DNA from: Octopus sinensis
Taxonomy: Eukaryota
NCBI RefSeq assembly: GCF_006345805.1
Contig: NC_042999.1
Span: 170,996,001 to 171,060,000, forward strand
Direction of reading: 5' to 3'
Length of the DNA stretch: 64,000 nt
In this document: piece after piece, positions 57,337-64,000 of the stretch
How the letters are laid out: the number at the start of each line of letters is the position of its first letter
Position numbering within the stretch: the stretch's first letter is position 1
Position numbers and translations under genes: made by a program
The notes under the pieces: model-generated
Databases searched by the model: none
What the model was told of the DNA's origin: nothing
The model's input: only the letters and a program-made list of their open reading frames with translations

Positions 57337-57418
57337 TTTTGGCTGAGGAGCTACAAGTGGATTTTTTTGTAAGTAAAATTACATTTAATTCATTAATAGC
57401 GAAATAATTGTCCCAAAA
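57337..57418 (+). ncRNA. Minimal type-I hammerhead ribozyme, complete core (copy 1 of tandem pair)
   Basis: UUUUGG-CUGAGGA-GCUA(43 nt)UAGC-GAAAUAAUUGUC-CCAAAA: 6-bp stem I, 4-bp stem II, near-palindromic stem III, GUC triplet. Confidence 0.78.
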
Positions 57419-57591
57419 TAATTTGTATTTTTGTTATTTTTTATTTGCCCTGTTCGTGTGAGCTAACAATCGTACTGACTTTCATGGGAAACATATATTT
57501 TTGTGGTTGAAACCTTTTGGATTAACTAGTGCTAGAGTGAGCATATAGTGACCACTCTCTTATATTTATTATTATTTATTATTATTATTAT

Positions 57592-57633
<42 letters not shown>

Positions 57634-58128
57634 TATATATATTATATATAATTAATTAATAAGGATGAGAGAATTAGATACTAATTTAATAGCATATCTA
57701 TTCAACACCAAGTGGCCCAGTGCTCCGAGAAACCTGGATTATTATAATATTTTGTAATATATTATAATATTTTATACAAAAATAAATATAAGAGAGTGGT
57801 CACTATATGGCTCACTCTAGCACTAGTTAATCCAAAAGGTTTCAACCACAAAAATATATGTTTCCCATGAAAGTCAGTACGATTGTTAGCTCACACGAAC
57901 AGGGCAAATAAAAAATAACAAAAATTACATCCGACGTTCTCACCCTTATTAATTAATTATAATTATGCTACATTTATTTCTAAATATGGTATTTGTCTCC
58001 GTGAAAGTTTGGCGCGCTGTTAGTAGGGGCATTTGAATTATAACGTCGGATGTAATCAATTGAACCACACGTGTATTTATCGTTATGGTAAAATCTGGCG
58101 TGTGATTGAGTGGATTTCATCCAGATAG

Positions 58129-58210
58129 TTTTGGCTGAGGAGCTACAAGTGGATTTTTTTGTAAGTAAAATTACATTTAATTCATTAATAGCGAAATAAT
58201 TGTCCCAAAA
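58129..58210 (+). ncRNA. Minimal type-I hammerhead ribozyme, complete core (copy 2, 792 nt downstream)
   Basis: Identical to 57337-57418. Confidence 0.78.
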
Positions 58211-58364
58211 TAATTTGTATTTTTGTTATTTTTTATTTGCCCTGTTCGTGTGAGCTAACAATCGTACTGACTTTCATGGGAAACATATATTTTTGTGGTT
58301 GAAACCTTTTGGATTAACTAGTGCTAGAGTGAGCCATATAGTGACCACTCTCTTATATTTATTA

Positions 58365-58397
<33 letters not shown>

Positions 58398-58402
58398 TTT
58401 AT

Positions 58403-58455
<53 letters not shown>

Positions 58456-59305
58456 CATATATTGACGTTCAATTATGTGGAGGGGCTATGCTATTGAGTA
58501 ACTAAATATTTACCTTGTGAATAGGTTTTTCGTTACCACAATGCGCTGTTAAGTGGTATACTTAAATTCATTGACTTGGGAGTTTTTTCTTAGCTGTGAT
58601 TATTTGCAGTTTTACCTTAGTACGTTGGTGTACGGTTACTACCCGATCATTGATTGTCTTTGTGGTTTGGTGCTCATTGTTTTTGTGCTTCTTGACGGAA
58701 ACAAATATCTTTAATTTGTTTCTGATGTTGGTTTCAAATTTTGGCACAAACCTAGCAAAATCAGTGGAGGGGTATATCGATAACATCAACTTCAGTAATC
58801 AATTGCAACTTATATTATCGACCCGAAAGGATAAAAGGCAAATTTGACCTCGGCGGAATTTGAACTCAGGATGTACAGATGGACACATTTATTTCTCAAA
58901 GAGTAAACAGTACTTCGTCACTGAGTAACTTCGAATTGTGTTTTTCTCAGGAAGGGAATGTTTTAATGAAATATGGAGACTGATGTGAACTTTCCAGATT
59001 TTTATACTAACTATAGAGTTCTGAATAGATATATCATTAGAGAGCACATGCTGTTAGAAATATAAGGGTTTGGGTGCAGTTTTTGTTGTGTAAGGGTAAT
59101 GTGTGAATTTAGTCCCGTTTTATTTTAAATCTTGGGTATTAAAACACATATTTCAGTATAATTCCCTTACGCGTATATGTCAAAGTAGAATGATTATCAT
59201 GCGATTCCAATTTCGTTTTGACAACGCACAAATTGATCTTTATGAGTAGAGGTTTAGGTGGAGTTTATTGGAATTGCGTATTAAACTCCTCTATAAATAT
59301 ATATA

Positions 59306-59345
<40 letters not shown>

Positions 59346-59552
59346 TAAAGTATTTTAGCATTTACATTCACCAACAATTAGTAAACACAAATCTTTAGCC
59401 GAAGAACGAAAGCAAACCAGTGTCGACACACAAACATTTTTCTAACATATCGTTCTGCAGTATTTCTCGGCTGGAGACTGTCGTGTCGTAAAATTTGAGT
59501 CCTGTGTAAACACTCTGTTTCAACGAATACACATACACGCATATATATATAT

Positions 59553-59958
59553 TATATAAAATCCGTTCTGTCTGTGTGTGTATCTTCTAGGATCTCGGGT
59601 ATCCCCCAGCCGATTGCGCTCAAATTTGATATGTAGATACCGACGGTATCAGGGCGTAAGTCTTGAAAAAATTACAAAAATCGATTCCAGGTGAGAATGC
59701 GATTGTTAAAGACGTGGGAACGTACATTTGTACGCGCAAGTACATCAGCTATTGCGATCGATACTAAGCGTACTCGAGAAAAATGCACGTGCAGTTTGCG
59801 CAAAAAAGCCGATCTGTTTGGTGTCTCAAATTTAAGTTAAATCAGTGTTTGTCAAAAGGGAGGCCTGTGGGATGGTCGGACAAGTTGTTTTGAGAAAATT
59901 TGGTTTAAATGTTTGATAACTCAGCACCGTCCATTGGACGGGGGAGCCTTTTGCTCGT
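59553..59958 (+). mobile_element. Non-autonomous Helitron-like element
   Basis: 5' TATATAAAATCCGTTCTGTCTGTGTG; 3' perfect hairpin CCGTCC-ATT-GGACGG (59927-59941) about 12 nt before a CTCG|T end (CTRR-like). Confidence 0.65.
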
Positions 59959-59962
59959 TTAT

Positions 59963-60008
<46 letters not shown>

Positions 60009-60009
60009 T

Positions 60010-61008
60010 AGAAGAAATGAGGTAATCAGAAGATCGGATGGTTTATATTTACAGATATTTATTTATATATTACATTTTTTACATATATATCATATCACTT
60101 AGATCATTAGCGCTTTCTCCCATTCTAGTGGGGTTTTCAAATCAAAATAAGTTCCTTTGTGGGGAATTTAATCATTTTATAGAGTTTCGTAGTGGTGGGA
60201 AGGAATATAAGACAGTACAAGAGGGTGAGTTGGAAGAGGAGAAAGTGAGAGAGAGAGCATGTGTGTATGTGTATGTGTGTGTGTGTTTGTGTTTGTATCT
60301 GAGGTGAATGCTAAAGAGAAAGAGGGGAAGGGAGAGGGAAGAAGAAGGAAAGAATTTTTTGGTCTGCTGGACAGAATATTGTGTTGATATTTATACCACT
60401 ATATATATATATACACGCTTATACATGAAATATTTGAAAAATAAACTTTTATCGGTTCAAAATGAACAACTAAATTACACCATCTTAAGAGCGAAATTCT
60501 CTTCAGAAACTAAAACGAAATTCTTTGCAAAAGAGTGCGGAGATGGTAGATGTAGGATCTGCAGCAACCCCACCTACAAATACATAGAGAGAAACAGAGA
60601 GATGAGATTTAAAAGTGGTGACATATTCAAAGTAAATGCAGATATTATCTGCAAGACGCAGAACATTATATACTGCATAACCTGCCCCACGTGCAAGGAG
60701 AATTACGTAGGTGAAACTGGTAATTCTTTGTGCCAGCGAGCCAGGATTCACCGACAACATATTCGGCAGGAAGAACTACGCAAAATACCACTAAGTACAC
60801 ACCTAGCTGCGTTTGGAGAAATAAAATGTAAGATCTTTCTCTTCTACAAATGTCCGAAGAACGACACCTCTTTCAGGAGGAATATGGAAAAATATTTCAT
60901 AGCTAAGTTCTCCCGAAATTAAATGGCTGAAACTTTACTCATCATACATTGAAGGACAAATCTTTCGATTTACAATATAATGTAGTAGAACATTTAATAT
61001 GTGTGTGC

Positions 61009-61057
<49 letters not shown>

Positions 61058-61406
61058 GTGGTGTGTGTGTGTATATATATATTACCTGTTATATACATTA
61101 TATTATTTTTGTAATTTACTTGAGCCTGCTATTTCTGTTTCAATTGTAACTAATGGTAACTGGAACAGCTTCAATCATCATCATTGTTTTAATGCTCACA
61201 TTAATGTCATTCTAATTTTAACCTTTCTATGATATGCAATTTTCAAGATGGTGTAATTTAATTGTTCATTTTGAATCGATAGAAGGTGTTTTTTCTAATA
61301 TTTCATGTATAAGCATGTATATATATAGTGACATTGAAGGACACATCTTTCGATTTACAATCTAATATAGTAGAACATTTAGTATATGTCTGTATATGTA
61401 TATATA

Positions 61407-61445
<39 letters not shown>

Positions 61446-62810
61446 GCCTATTATATACATTACATTATTTTTATAATTTACTTCATCTTTCCTTTTTAAT
61501 TGTCACTTTAATTTTAACTTTCCTATGATATACAATTTTCAAGATGGTGTAATTTAGTTGTTCATTTTGAACCGATAAAAGGTTTCTTTTCAAATATTTC
61601 ATGTATAAGCGTGTATATATATATAGTGGTATAAATATCAACACAATTTTTTTCCCCTTCCTCCCTTATTTTTCTTTTTCGTTTTTTGTCTCTCTCCCCT
61701 TCTCCAAACACACAGACACACGCACACACACACGCACACAGACACACACACACGGACACACACACGGACACACACACAGACACACACACACCTCCACAAA
61801 ACGATCATAAAAAGTGGAAAGAATTCTTAAACCCAAAAAGGCATTTGACCATCCTCACAATGATAAAAGGAAATATAATTTATGGCCTACCTCCCCGCCA
61901 CCACTCACTCAGTGACACTGTGAAGTCGTCAAAGCTGAAATTCTTAGAACCCCCTTGGAGTCAATATTCTGTCCAGCAGACCAAAAATATTCTTTCCTTC
62001 TTCTTCCCTCTTCCTTCCACTCTTTCTCTTTAGCAATCACCTCAGATACAAACGCACACACACACACTCACACACATACACACGCACACGCAGACACACA
62101 CGCACACACACATACACACACACACAAACACACACGGACACACACACACACACAGACATACACACACACCTCCACAAAACGATCATAAAAAGTGGAAAGA
62201 ATTCTTAAACCCCAAAAAAGCCTTTGACCATCCTCACAATATAAAAGGAAATATAATTTATGGCCTACCTCCCCGCCACCACACACTCGGTGACACTGTG
62301 AAGTGGTCAAAGCTGAAATACTTAGAACCCCCTTGGAGTCAATATTATGGCCTACTTCCCCGCCACCACACATTCAGTGACACTGTGAAGTGGTCAAAGC
62401 TGAAATTCTTAGAACCCCCTTGGAGTCAATATTCTCTCCAGCAGACCAAAAAATTCTTTTCTTCTTCTTCCCTCTCCCTTCCCCTCTTTCTCGTTAGCAT
62501 TCACCTCAGATACCAACGCACACACACACACACACATACACATACACACATTTTCTCTCTCTCACTTTCTCCTCATCCACCTCACCCTCTCGTACTGTCT
62601 TATATTCCTCCCCACCACTACGAAACTCTATAAAATGATTAAATTCCCCACAAAGGAACTTATTTTGATTTGAAAACCCCACTAGAATGGGAGAAAGCGC
62701 TAATGATCTAAGTGATATGATATATATGTAAAAAATGTAATATATGAATAAATATCTGTAAATATAAACCATCCGATCTTCTGATTACCTCATTTCTTCT
62801 AATATATAAT
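60010..62810. mobile_element. Penelope-like element relic: GIY-YIG endonuclease fragment (+, ~60520-60922) wrapped in inverted and tandem repeats
   Basis: ORF 60308-60922 contains CGDGRCRIC...CKTQNIIYCITCPTCKENYVGETGNSLCQRARIH...EKYFI, a PLE-type GIY-YIG. 60010-60385 is inverted at 62430-62810; 60400-60490 is inverted at 61240-61330 and 61535-61650; 60935-61260 repeats at 61320-61560. Confidence 0.85.
62259..62433 (+). repeat. 87-bp minisatellite x2, with a third copy near 61880
   Basis: tatggcctac.tccccgccaccacac.ctc.gtgacactgtgaagtggtcaaagctgaaat.cttagaacccccttggagtcaatat at 62259 and 62346. Confidence 0.9.
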
Positions 62811-62845
62811 ACCTGTACATCATCTCCAAACCTTCCAATATATAT

Positions 62846-62899
<54 letters not shown>

Positions 62900-64000
62900 T
62901 GTATGTATGTATGTATGTATGTATGTGCATGTGTATACACATGTAATATAAGTGTGTACGGGTGTACACATATGACTATGAATGGAATTGAACATTGTGA
63001 ATTATAATGTGGGTATGAAATTTAAATACACACGTACAGTTACAACAGATATGCAGTCAATTACATACAAAAAGAAGAAAGAAAGCAAGAAAGAAAGAGA
63101 CATATGAGAAAGATATTTTCTGTAAGTAAATATAACAGAACTGGAAAATATTAAGAATATAGCTATTTAGGATATGAAAATAACACATTCTACACGAGTA
63201 ATGCACACTTTACAATCGGTAGATTTTTCTTGTTGAGCATCGCATAAAACTGGTTCTGAATAAAAGTTTATTTTAAACAATAAGTTGATTGTGTTCTGAA
63301 AATACTACAGGTAAAGCGTAATAATATATATTAAAAGTAAATGTTGTTTAGGGGAAAAAATTGTCAAGTATTGGAAGTGTCAGTATATAAAAACTAGGAA
63401 ATATTTTCGAGAAATACACACTCAAGAAAGAGAATGTGTATTGAAGTTACGTATCCCTCTTCATGCACCTATAATCTTACGCATTGTTTTTAAGAAAAAA
63501 TAAAAATGATCTCGAGTATTAATACTTACGCAGAATTATAACTTTTAAAACTAAGAAAACCATTCTACATCAAAAGTTATATAAATTCGTAAAATTTAAG
63601 ACGCGGCGCTCTGCGTATGTATCTGTGTATGCACACACGTATATATATGTATCTGTAAGCGTACCTGTGTATATTTTTATGTATTATACATGTTTGTATA
63701 TATATATGTATATGTTACATGTGTATACAAGTACGCACACGTTATATATTTAATCACACCTGACCTACCCTTTCCACCAACCTTCTAGTTTATTAATATG
63801 CAACTCAAATAATAAATACCGGCACATAAATATAATAAATACATAAATACTATAAATATTGGTTAAATTATTCTAAAAAATGGTTCTGAAAATTCTCGTT
63901 TTGGTCCGGTGTTTTGGTCATTAAAACATATTGCTACTAAATCAGATGCTGTTTGAATCAAAAACAATTTTAAACTAACCTGAAAGGTTTCACCATACAT

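Larger units (their letters stand above)
56857..58390 (+). repeat. Direct tandem duplication with 792-bp period; each unit has ~146-bp internal inverted arms and one hammerhead
   Basis: ggatgagaga at 56871 and 57663; ctccgagaaa at 56931 and 57723. Inverted arms 56989-57137/57424-57570 and 57781-57929/58216-58363. Confidence 0.9.

Noticed and set aside
60950-61010. Possible hammerhead relic in the PLE 3' region (TTGAAGG...CGAT...GTA), repeated at 61335
   Set aside because: Both core segments are altered and stems cannot be paired convincingly.

Overview
AT-rich, microsatellite-saturated animal genomic DNA. The SINE/LINE families look like octopod (Octopus-type) repeats; this is recalled from memory, not a database result. 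No intact multi-exon gene, rRNA, true tRNA or CRISPR array is evident. The only host-like coding sequence is a ~2.1-kb minus-strand beta-propeller (NHL-like) reading frame at 24527-26635, broken by one stop and two 1-nt frameshifts. Most other recognisable sequence is transposon debris: CR1/L2-like, RTE-like and R4/Dong-like LINE relics, two Penelope-like (GIY-YIG) relics, a Gypsy pol fragment, DD41D and DD34D Tc1/mariner relics, hAT and Tigger MITEs, non-autonomous Helitrons and four tRNA-headed SINE families. The most striking unexplained signal is about 15 minimal type-I hammerhead ribozyme motifs, found by reading the sequence by eye. Six have a complete core and all three stems, two are near-intact and seven are decayed. 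They differ in sequence but keep compensatory base pairing and a palindromic stem III. Most sit in short non-coding, often fold-back elements embedded in (TA)n tracts. One pair bounds a 792-nt self-complementary tandem monomer (retrozyme/viroid-like architecture). Most short ORFs in the supplied track are microsatellite translations.
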